A DNA stretch of 61,799 nt, filler included, from Choristocarpus tenellus KU-1152 (Eukaryota; Protista; Phaeophyceae), in assembly GCA_964200185.2 (NCBI GenBank). It is 15 parts of 15 records of this genome, joined end to end, with 100 filler letters (N's around TTAATTAATTAA, not from the genome) between each part and the next. Parts side by side here need not be neighbours in the genome. Positions count along the whole stretch, not along the records: positions 22,392 to 26,383 come from CAXNAD020016772.1; positions 26,484 to 32,847 come from CAXNAD020008296.1; positions 32,948 to 36,048 come from CAXNAD020022322.1; positions 36,149 to 40,072 come from CAXNAD020017116.1; 11 more parts are not named here. The stretch is one strand, 5' to 3'. The position numbers and the translations under genes were made by a program. The stretch's first letter is position 1; every line of letters starts with the position of its first letter. This document shows positions 25,356 through 36,605 of this stretch, piece after piece. The notes under the pieces are model-generated. The model saw nothing but the letters and a program-made list of their open reading frames with translations. It was not told where the DNA came from and searched no databases.

Positions 25356-25889
25356 GTGAGCATCGAGGGGCGCCTGTAACATGGAGGTCCTACCGCCTCA
25401 CTTCAAACTGGAGGGATTACTCCTTGTTCACCCCAACACATAGGATTGTTTTCTTGTTCCACCTGGATTGCTTTCTTGTTCCACCTGGATTGTTTTCTTG
25501 TTCCACCTGGATTGCTTTCTTGTTCCACCTGGATTGTTTTCTTGTTCCACCTGGATTGCTTTCTTGTTCCACCTGGATTGTTTCCTTGTTCCACCTGGAT
25601 TGTTTTCTCGTTCCACCTGGGTTTGTGGACTTCATTCGTCGTCTGCAGGATTCCCTCCCTGTACTCGTCATCTTCATGGGTCTAAGGACTAATATGGCTC
25701 TGAGGGAATCGCCCCTCTCCAGCCGTAAAACGAGTGGCATCTGATCGCCACATCACTCGCCTATCGTCATAAAATGAGAGGTGTTTGACCGCCATGGTAT
25801 AGACGTTGCCTAGGTAGTTCTTCCTCGCCATTTGTACGTTCTCATTCCCGATCTGTTTTTCATGTATCACGCAGATCTATATTTCACAG
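25356..25889 (+). repeat. Copy 2 of the duplicated GT...AG-bounded unit
   Basis: Runs from GAG|GTGAG to TTCACAG|GTT. Shares CCTGTAACATGGAGGTC, TCGTCATCTTCATGGGTCT, GTATAGACGTTGCCTAGGTAGTTCTTCCTC and CATTCCCGATCTGTTTTTC with copy 1. Confidence 0.8.
25443..25618. repeat. Minisatellite, 8 x 22 bp (GGATTGYTTTCTTGTTCCACCT)
   Basis: Units start at 25443, 25465, 25487, 25509, 25531, 25553, 25575 and 25597. T/C alternation in the first six gives a 44-bp higher-order period. Confidence 0.95.
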
Positions 25890-26553
25890 GTTCCGCTGAG
25901 AATAAGTGATTTGGAGATGTTCCTGCCCAAGGCCAGACTTTGCGAGAACTCTCGCAGCAGTTGTGATGGCTCAACGTGTGTAAGCATCGCTTCCACGCAT
26001 CAATAACTTCACCCCTTTCCACATCGAGCTCGTCGAAGACTCTTGTCCGACTTTCTTAGGACACCCAGCAGTCCTTTCAGGTTCTTCGTCTGCAATCGAC
26101 GTCCCACTCATCAAAGGACAGCTCTTACAGGTCCGTTGAGATGACGTTACGGCAACTGAATGGTTCATATTTCGGTGAGAGAATGCACCCTTTTTGGATG
26201 GCCAGCCGAAAATCGTGTCAAAGGTTGCCATGTGTGTTTTTTTTTAAAGAGAACCAGGTTTCCTCCTCTACTGGATCCCCAACGCTGCCTATTGATATGT
26301 TAGGACCTGGAAGTGACATTTATTTCATTTCTGATGCGTTCACGATAGGATGAGGAGTGACATTATATTTCCTTGTCCAATCGNNNNNNNNNNNNNNNNN
26401 NNNNNNNNNNNNNNNNNNNNNNNNNNNTTAATTAATTAANNNNNNNNNNNNNNNNNNNNNNNNNNNNNNNNNNNNNNNNNNNNCAGAGACACCTGGTGTG
26501 TTTGATAAGATGGGGGGTGGGGAGGTAGAGGCGAGGGAGATAAACTTCCTTAC

Positions 26554-29350
26554 CCGGTATCCATGTATTGACCTTTTCCGCAATGGCATTCACAATCCCG
26601 CTTCGATGCGAGTTGATTCCCTTGGACTGGAGCCAGTACCAGAACTTGTCACAGTGTTCCACACAATCCACCTGCTCCAACACAACATGAGTCCAAAGCA
26701 AAGGAAAGCAAAGGTCAAATGGGCTGGGGAATCTACGGGGGATGGAGGGAAGAGATCAAGACCTAAAGAAAAGAAAAGAAAAGAAAAGAAAAAGAAACCG
26801 GAGGACATACTTCGAAATGTTCCCCTTCTCAAGCGCACACAGGGCCCCTTAGGCCATCAAGGACGGGACGGGAACTGCAACGGGAGGCAGCGAAAAAAAA
26901 CAACGTAGGGGAAAGGAATTGGTGAGGCGTGTTTATATTTTATCGACAGGAGAAACCTCGAGGGGGGACACAGAGTCTCCACCTCACCGTTGTATTCTTG
27001 TTAGTGACCACCAACACGTCACAGTATCACTCGACCACGTAGAGCTATCAAAATCCTACACGAATAAGTATTGTATTGCACGGAGAGTACAGAGGAGGAC
27101 GCAAAGACCTCCCCAACCAGTTCACACTGCTCCATCTGTTACACCCTGACTTTGGCGGAACTCCTCTCCATCTGCATGATGGGCCCTGCAAGTGAAGCTG
27201 AGCGAGCACCCTGGCCCCCAACTTTGTCAAAAACAAGACACGAATCATGCCGCAGAGGCGGTAGTTCCACTCCAAACAAGTAAGTACACCTCGCTGAAAC
27301 AGTGGTACCTACGTACCTCACCGACTGTTGAGCAGACACCCCAAACGATTCTTACGTTTCTTATTTTGTAAGAATGTGGAGCCCCACAAAATAATCGAAA
27401 AAACAACAACTGTCACGGTCGACCTTTGCACGCCTTCCACCAACATAAACACGCCAAGATTGGACAGGTATTGTGGTAGTGCCCAAGTTCATCTTTTGGG
27501 GCATAACACTGCGACAGTGCACCCCAGTGCCAACTAAATACAATGCACCGAGGGCGAATCACACAGCGGAAATTTACCACTTCAGTGAGCAGAGAGCCCT
27601 ACAGTACAGTGAGCTCAAGTAGGTGCATGCTGGGAAATCACCTCCTGATTCAAAACTACCAAAGAATCATGAAACGGCGTCCGGTAAGCCAGCCATGCAT
27701 GGCCAAATTAATCGTATACACAAAACAGACGGATTTCAACGTAAGTAGTCTTCATTTTCCCAACTAAATTGCACCAACAACAGTTCAAAATGTGGTGTTG
27801 GAGAGAGGCTTTTCAAACAAGTCAGGGATATTTTTATGCAGAAAGGGCCGGGGGGGGGGGCACAGTGACATCGAGGAAATGGAAAAATGCAAGACATTCC
27901 ACAACTCAATATAAAACACACCAACAATCAGTACAATAGTGAAGAGATGGTAGAGAACATTTCAAACTCCAAAGTGCACTCGAAAGGAATATCTTCTTCT
28001 CTCCATTACATGAACTCACACACTATGCTCTACTCAAATAACTTCATTTCAACCTCATCGACTCTATGCAAACACACACACACACAAATCTACTTGTTGC
28101 ACTTCCAGGCAATGGATTGGATCAACTGCACCTTCTCCCCATCTATGTCAGGTCCGCGCAGAGACAGAAATTTTCCCACCAGCTGGTACGTGTTAGTGAC
28201 ACAATCATCACCTTCCCCATCTGCAAGTCTCTTCCTGGCGCCTTCTGCAATGCCTGGGACCTGCGCAAAAATAAAATTGGTCGGGAGGGGGGGCTATGTC
28301 ATTGGGAACAGGACACAGGTGGAGCAGTGAATAGACAGGGGATAAGTGCCTAGAGGGAGAGTCTGGTCATGACTCTTTTTCGTCCTACTGACGATATTCT
28401 TCTCGAAACCAAAATGTGATCGGGAAGCAAGTGGGCGGTCCTATGTTTGACTGGCTTACGACAAAAAAAAAGGATTCCGTAAGGATGACAACAAAACGAT
28501 ACCGGAACTCGATGGAGAACGAACTACAACTATTTAAGGCGACAACGCTCAACACTGCAGTCTTAAAGTGGATGGGCTCTATTTCTACAAAGTCTTGCTG
28601 CTTGAAGCGACAAATCTATCAAGTAGTACTGAGGACCACAAGAACGCTATGAGAACATCCCACAACAGAGACTGCACGCAAGCGACATAACATCGCTACA
28701 TCACCTCAGTGATATCCCCAGTGATGGCCGAGCGGATGAACTCGGCGAGCTTATCGTCCCCGACCTTGCTCCGCTTAGGGTCATATCCTTCGGTCTATAC
28801 GGGGCGAGAGGGTGCGTGAAGATGGAAAAAATCACAATCGGACAGCTCTGGCAAGCATCACTTATCCTAACCAACTTATAACCTATGACAAGGGACTCAC
28901 ATAGATCGTGGGTTGGGAAAGGCAAGCAAAGGCTGGGAGAAGAAGCAGTTTGCGAGGGTGATCCACCAGCGACGTATTCCAGATACTTTGAGGCGATATT
29001 GGGAGATGCAGGACAAACTAGGAGGGCAAAACAATGTTGGCATTGAGACTTGCACCGCCACCAACATCTAAATGGGAAAGAATTACTTTCAACCAGTTAC
29101 ACCACTGATGGCTTGTCATGCTATCTGAACAGTTCAGGTTCGACGAACAAAGTAACAAAACTCCAATTGTAGCTCTCACCCTCCCGCTTCCCATCTGCAC
29201 CTTTTAGGGGCAAGAGGGTGCCGGAAGAGTGTTGCCAAAGGAATCAAAGGGATAGACCTTAACTTTAACAGCAACAACTACCCCTACCTCTTTGGTAGCT
29301 CAATGTATTCTACGGTCTTCACAGCCATTACAACTACTCACATCAGCCAT
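26554..29350 (-). CDS. BAF (barrier-to-autointegration factor)-like small helix-hairpin-helix protein, 3'-partial
   Basis: Exons 29342-29350 (ATG GCT GAT|GTGAGT, inferred start), 28705-28794, 28132-28260 and 26554-26671 give MADTEGYDPKRSKVGDDKLAEFIRSAITGDITEVPGIAEGARKRLADGEGDDCVTNTYQLVGKFLSLRGPDIDGEKVDCVEHCDKFWYWLQSKGINSHRSGIVNAIAEKVNTWIP... By eye this aligns to animal BAF (F...GIGE...KKL...Y.VLGQFLVL...F.EWL...GAN...S...E). It is only partly visible in the ORF track. Confidence 0.8.
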
Positions 29351-29954
29351 AATTTGAGTGCCGCGTATTGACAAACCAAGGTGTTTGGAACCACAAAGTC
29401 TGGGCAGGATTAACAACCCAGGGTGTAAGCTCAGAAGTATAGTGGGCGCAGCTGGGGGTGGTGAACTAAAATTTTGAATCGCACAGACTCAGCTTAGGAG
29501 TAGGCAGAACAGAGTTGAGAAGACTCAAGTGCAGATCCATGGTCATTTCAACCAAACAATCGGATCGCCAATTGACTCTGGACGCCGTATCGGATTGCCA
29601 AAATTCAGCCTCAACCGTTCACTGCACATCATTCACAAAAATTCTATTATGAAGTTCTTGAATCAGTATCCATCAACCACCTAAACACTTCAGTTTGGGA
29701 CTAGAAGAACGGTGTGAAGTTCCTCTCTTCAAATGATGGTATCTCTCTGAATTCAGGGATGCAGTAGTCTGGGTGCTCTTGATTCTTAATTCCCTGTCCC
29801 TCGATATCGACTTCGTGTTGCGTGATATTTGTCCTATCAACAAAGATCGTGGGTGCTGTTTCATCAGGACTCTCATCCTCATCTACCGATAAAGTTCTTC
29901 ATTAAGGACTAGGTTCCTACGAAAACTGGTGGTGCTCTGAATGCTAATGGAAGG

Positions 29955-32235
29955 ATGAAGAAGGTAGAAGCTCATTATCGACCTCTTGTACCAACCGGTT
30001 TTGGTGTCATGTCTTCAATCAAATCGAAGTTCCTCCCCCCCTCCCTGTAACAAACCCAAAATAGTGGAAGCTCCCCAAGATGTCTACTGAACCCCTGCAG
30101 TGCCATTCGCACAGGTTTTTGTCACAGATGACAAGTTCATTGACGTGATCGATGCTCTTCAAAGGCGAGGGTGGGTGCGGTCCTCTCACGCCAACAGCCC
30201 CAACTTCGGACTCAAGTGGCGCAATTTAAGCAATATCAACTTTAGGCTTGTGCGCTCAGATCAGGCAAGGAGCTCCCAAAATATCAGCCCCTCTTTATTC
30301 GAGGGATCCCCAATAAATGTTTTGTTGGTGGGGGCGATATATTTCAACTCTTGAACCTCGTGGTGGTGCATATTTCTGTGGACTGCCACTCTTATGGTGC
30401 ACAAAAAAGGCGCCTGCGACAGGCTAGCTTAGCCCGCACCCGAACCCCTCCAAAGCCTGCCTTCCAACTATTCCGTATCATTCTCCACCCTTCCTTCAGT
30501 ATATCAACCACCTGAAGAATTCGCAGCAACTCAGTAACAAGGCACTTCTGGCATCTCACCTAGGCTTCCGTCAGCGCATCCATGTTGAAGACCACGTGGA
30601 TGGAGTAGATGGGAAGGGTTCCCATCCCCCAGCCATCGTCAGGGTTGGGAATGGTGGTCCTTGTGATCCCGACAACTTCTTTCCCCGATGCTGGGATCTC
30701 AAAACCGCGGGAGCGACATCGCTTCTGCGAGCATTTGCCGTGTCGGCGTCTGTGTCACTGTTGTGGCAGGTTGCAGGTCAGGATTTCCAACCAGCGTTGG
30801 GACAGAGACCCTTGAGAAGCAAGGAGGAGGAAGTCCGTGATAGGAATTTGAGGGTGAGACTCTTGCTCTAGCTGATCTGAAATTAGCACCACTTATCAAG
30901 ACCACAGTTTTGTTATTCTGAAGCAGGTGCAGATGCTGCCCTACTCGACATTCTAAGCTTTCCTTCTGACAGGGAGCTTGGACATAGGGGGGAGGACTTA
31001 GCTACGGACTCTCGGCCTCAAAGTGTCATATGGGAAAATACGTATGTCCCTCGCATCCCATCCCATGGCCAGTCTTACCTGCAGTTTTGTCCATAAAACC
31101 ACTAGTGCATTATTTCTCCAGGACCTCAACATTCTGCCTGACATTTTTAACCAAAGTGCTTCTTCACTACTCCCCCACCCCGAAAACATTCTTGGGTCGC
31201 TAGTACTCATTCTCCTTCTATCCTCTCCTGTTCCCATCCCCCCAGCCAGTGGCAAATTCCAGTGCTTTCAGGCTAAAGCCTGCTGACTACAGTGTGCTCA
31301 TGTCTGCTGAAGCAATCGTCAGTCGTTACCTCTCATTCCTGGAGAGGGGTGGCGTGGGGCATTGCAGAGCAAGCAACAACAGCGCAGGAGAGATAGGGGT
31401 AAAAGGCACCAAGGAGGGGGGAGAGGAGGAGAAAGCGCCAGGGCAGGGGGTGCGGTACAAGAGTAATGAGGTCAGCAAAGGAAAAGATACCCGCATCAAC
31501 TGTTACCCTTGCACAAGTTTTGTAGGAGAAGGGGCTGGGACGAAGACGGAGGTAGGATCTAAAGGGACGACAGTACGGAGTGGTATGCACTGTGTTCCTC
31601 AAGATGCGGGTGATGAGGTCGTAAAAGTTGGTGGGAAAGATTGGGTGTCCGTGGTGTTGGAGTGGGAGAAGATGGTTTGTAGACGGGGAAGGCGTTTTGA
31701 TAAGACGGTGGGTTGCGCACGGACACGCCTGGAAAATTCGCAGGGAGCTACTGCCAGCGTGTTCAGTGACAAGGCCGGCGCCAGTGCGGGGGATTGGGCG
31801 GACCGTGGGGAGGGTGAGGGGTTTTGGGAAGCTGGTTGGGGTGCCAAGTCTCGGCCGTCAGCAGGGGATGCAATGTTTCTCAAGGCTGATACTGGGGCAG
31901 CGGTTGAGTCCTCGGGTTCAGAGGAAGCAGGGGGAGGGGTGCAAAATGGGCGTGTATGCAATGATTGGAGGGGGGTCGGGGGAGGGTTGACGGATCCGGA
32001 CTCTCGGCGAAAGCAGCAACAGCGTTTTAGGGAGCTCCTGGTATTGTTGGAGGCGTTGGATCCTCAAGCGAGGTTGATGGGCAGGGCGAATGCGTGGGTG
32101 GTGAAGCCAGCAGGACAGTCGTGTGGCAGGGGGGTGAGGGCCGTGTCATCGCTCCAGGAACTGGTGGGAGCGTGCCGAGAGCTGGGGTATCGGGCCGTGG
32201 TGCAGAAGTATGTGGAGAGGCCGCTGCTTGTTCGG
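29955..32235 (+). CDS. TTLL3/TTLL8-like tubulin glycylase (tubulin-tyrosine ligase family), 3'-partial
   Basis: Exons 29955-29963 (MKK, tentative), 30115-30264, 30500-30853 and 31246-32235. Motifs: ALQRRGW, LKW, QYINHL...LSNK, FFPRCWDL, DPQ...G..NAWVVKPAGQSCGRGV, VVQKYVERPLL. Confidence 0.88.
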
Positions 32236-33596
32236 GTAAGCTTCTTTTTGCGTCATGTTTTTGAGGTTAGGGTTAGTAATAGTAATAGTATTGGTGTGTG
32301 TGTGTGTGTGTATTAGAGGCCGGTTGGGGTGCAATCATAGTGTGCCAAATGCGTGTCTCGGGGGTTTCGATATTTTTTTTTAAAAAGAAAAAATGACCTT
32401 TGGATGGAGCTTTCGGCATTGCGTTTTTTGAGTGAGATTGTGGTTGCGTAGAACAATACTAATAATAAGAAGAAGAATAGTGATAATGCGAAAGATAAGA
32501 TTGAGCTGAGGGTCGTGTTTGGTCGGGGGAAGATGGATTGAGAGAAGTAACAAGTGACGGGCGGCAGGAGAGTATGTGTGTGTGGAGGTAGTATAGACCG
32601 CTAGCAACAACCAACTGGCCCTTCTTTTCATGTTTGCAGCATGTACTATGCACTAGGAGACTGGAGTGGTTGTGTGCGCGCGTTCCACTCCACTGGGCCT
32701 ATCCTTTGCTCCCGACATGACGTTACCTTGTCATCTTCTTCTCTCTGTCGTTATATTGATCTCCTTAAACCACAAGCTAGAATCACCATCCCCTCCCTTA
32801 CCATAAGTAGTACCCACTGCACAAATAACCTCAGTGCATCTACCCCCNNNNNNNNNNNNNNNNNNNNNNNNNNNNNNNNNNNNNNNNNNNNTTAATTAAT
32901 TAANNNNNNNNNNNNNNNNNNNNNNNNNNNNNNNNNNNNNNNNNNNNTTCCGCTCTGTATCTTGCCCCTCATTTTTTTTTCAGAAATGTTATTGTTGGAC
33001 CACCCCCCCCCCCCCCACCCACTCCCTCTCTTCACACATGCACAAAAAACGTGGTGCCTCTTACAGCATATATGTTTCAAAAAATTGTGTGTGAGGCCCT
33101 TTGTGTCTGTAACTGTGTGTGTGCTTTTTTGATCCCTTTTTACTGATTTGGAGATGAATTTTATGAAAGCTAAACAGTTAGTGTGAGACCAACCTCTGAG
33201 CGAGTTTTTACTCATTTAACTTTCCTTTGTATTTCGACACCATCTGAAACAAATCGTGCATGCCTCTCTTGTCTGTCTTTATCTTCCCCTTCCTCCTCTA
33301 TGCCAGCCCGCTGAGTGTGGGTGGGGCAGAGAGGGCAGTTCTTGAGTCAGTGTGCTTTGGAAAGGTCAGAATTCTTCTTCCTCCCCCTCCTCTCACACCC
33401 GGCACCCCTGGGCCCCACCACCACCTTGATGTGATATAGAAGCAACAGGAAAAATTTTGGGAAGGCGTGTGGCGAACTTTGACACCAGCTGGGGTAGGGC
33501 GGGCGAGGTGGTCTTGTGTTCTCCAATCTTAGTGGTTTTTCATGTTCTGTGGAGTTATTGATGTGTGGCATGCATGAGAATAAATGTGTGTTTGTG

Positions 33597-33631
<35 letters not shown>

Positions 33632-36159
33632 ATGGAACTGGTTAATGCCGGTTTATCCATTGTACCTTTTTATGTCCCTTTTGTACCTTTTACAAGGTTG
33701 GGTGGATGGAGAGTGGCTGGGTGATGATGAGGAAAGGATTTGTCTGCCATGGTAGGAGTAGGGGGGGGGAGGGGTAAGGAAGTTTATATTTTTCTGTGTT
33801 CCTAATTAGCATGTGCTTTTTTTTATTGTAGTTGTGTGTGTCCCATACCAGGCGTGTCTGGTTTGCTACTGTTTGTTGTCCCTATTAAGATAGTGTTGAC
33901 TTTTCCTCAATCAATGAACAAAATGACCTGTTGTGCGTGGGTCATGATATGGGGTCAACTGGTGGTCATTGGTGACAGACAGCCCAGGCCATCGGTGATT
34001 ACCAAAATATCTGATCATTGGATTGTCCCTATATGCTCGAGAGAGGGAGGTGGGTGAAAATGAGGACATGGATGAGGGGGAGAGTATGAAATGGAAGTGT
34101 CAAGAGTGTCATTCCATCAAGATTTGCCATCCTTGGCCCCCTGCTGCCCATAGGCAATGCAACCTTTGGAGGGGAGAGAAGATGAAGCCAGGGGTGTGGT
34201 ATAGGTTTGTGGAATGACGACGGGGGAGTTTATCCTACTCCTGTGCAAAATCCAACTATATTTGTTCAACTATTCTCTTGTGTGTACAGTGAAAGAAAAG
34301 AGGAGTGTTGAGGGGGGGAGGGGGAGGGGGAGGAGGGGGATAGGCGAGGGGTATGGTGTACTGACTGGCATGATACCACCACCAGTTCAGCCTTGCCTGG
34401 GGATATGTACTTGGTGTGGAGAAGGAAGATATATTGCTTAAAGAGAGCAATCAAACACACCCAAGTTTGAATTGCTTTGTGAGAAGAATCATACATGGGA
34501 GAGTCATTTGAACAGATCCCAAATGTGGTGGGAGGGGCATGCTGGTAGGCTTTCCTGCCAGGCTTGTATGAAGACCAGCCATATTTTATGTAGAGAATTA
34601 ATTGTGGCAAGATGCTCTCTGCCTGACCAAGGTGGCAGCAAATGGTACTGAGATTTGGTTGCCGTTTGGTGTAGTGCTATGTATGTACATACATACCATT
34701 CACAATCAACTGTGCACGAAAATAGATGAGCAGGATATGTGAAGGAGAAATGAAGGGGCGGCAAGCTAGAGACAGTTGTCGGACAAGCAGTAGGGCCAAG
34801 GAACCAAGAAGGCTGCCTCACTGGTTTGCAGCTTGCTCAACTCGGGTTGTATATGCTTGCGTTAAACTTGTTCTGCTTGTTCAGGCTATGGTTCTTATGG
34901 GCAGAATATGGACCGGAACTTGTCTTTCTCTGTACAGTAGTCCAGTGGCCCGGTGGGTGACTGACAAGTTGAGGACAGCAGCAGCAAGTATGCACTACCT
35001 CCCACTTTGTTTTTCTGTGCATGGTGGATTTGTCTCCCTGTTCACCCTCCACAACTAGAAAACCTACTACTATTACGTTGTACCGGGTGATAACGATAGA
35101 TGTAGTATGTTGGATTTAAGGGTAATAATAACAAAATTGAAGCCAAGATACAGTCCAAGATATATATGAGCCACTTTCCTTTCTCATGTGGTGACCATGG
35201 ATGCTGGGTGCGTGGAAGTAGAGGGGAGATTGAAGAAGGGAAAAAATGCAAGGAGGAAGCACTAGAAACCTGTTCTTCTCACTGGTAGTGTCTCTAAAAC
35301 CATGTATAGTCCACTTCAGGCGGTCACTGCATTAAGACGCATTTGGAATGGCTGCGAATCGTACCGATTCAATCGCTACGTTCGATTCTATCACAGTAAA
35401 AATGAAACCAAAATTCATGGAACAATTTCTTGTAATTTCCTACCCAAGTCATTGAGCTCTGTTGAGGAGTTTAATGCTACACAGTAGTATTTTAATGGTA
35501 ATATTGAATTCTTGTATTCTTCGAACCAATATTTGTCTTTGTGGTTTCTGCCCACGTCTTCATATGTCACAATGATGCTCAGCCCCCGAATTCTGAGGAG
35601 GGTATGTGCGATTTTAAGGAATACTAAAGAATAGTTTTTCTTCCCTAATTATCGTTTCCTCCTACTCAAGTTATGAATTAATATGGGGTTAATAAGGCTT
35701 TAATCGTCCAAAAAAATATCAACATATATGGTAGTAGTCTAAGTGCAGGACCTCTGAAGCGATGTTCCGTGTACTCTCAAAGTAAACTGACCTCTGTGTA
35801 CTCGTACAAATACAGTCCTATCTGCTTCAGCAACAGTCCGTCAAGTGTTGAACCTTGAAATCTTGAAGATTCGATCCTTCCAATATACTCAGTATTTTCA
35901 AACCTTGTTTACCATCATAAAACAGTGGATTTTAAAAATTGAGGATGGACCGGGGCTATGACGATGGTTGTTCTGCGAAAACGGTCTTGAAAAAGTACCG
36001 AAAGGTTTTTTTTTGCAACTGTTTTTGCACTTGGAAGGGCCCGGGATANNNNNNNNNNNNNNNNNNNNNNNNNNNNNNNNNNNNNNNNNNNNTTAATTAA
36101 TTAANNNNNNNNNNNNNNNNNNNNNNNNNNNNNNNNNNNNNNNNNNNNCTCAAGCTCAC

Positions 36160-36567
36160 ATGCCCTCGGTGGCATTCCATCCCAGAGCTGAGGCAAGTGT
36201 AGGCAGCCAGTCTGTGACACTCATGAGCTTGTTGTATTCTGTTCCTCTCTGTTCAAGGGGGATGTGACTCTGGGAATACACAAAGGCAGGCACCTGATGC
36301 ATACCAATGAAAAAACCCCACGAAACATTCCAAAACAACACATGGCAAGAGGGTGGACATGTTTATGTTATTTCTACTATTTGAAGCAACTAGCAAGGAT
36401 ATCATTTTATCGTAACTTATGTAACTACATACGTAGATTCTCCTCAAGATTGATCATCATTACACACGGACACCACCACAGTCATCCATGACCTCCAGAA
36501 CATGTGATTGATGTTTCCATTCATAACATACAACAATAACAAAAATCAATATGTACACAGAACAAGC

Positions 36568-36605
<38 letters not shown>

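Noticed and set aside
25328-25744. Stack of overlapping ORFs on both strands (GGTRKQSRWNKK repeats)
   Set aside because: By-product of a stop-free 22-bp minisatellite that cycles through all frames.
28979-28992. CCAGATACTTTGAG matching the MITE A right end inside the BAF-like intron
   Set aside because: No subterminal box, interior or partner TIR. It may be chance or a tiny remnant.
33300-35000. Fragments faintly resembling NRDE2 (GGAERAV, KFWEG, HPWPP)
   Set aside because: Matches are short, broken by stops, and do not form a phase-consistent exon chain. A tBLASTn or HMM hit would be needed.
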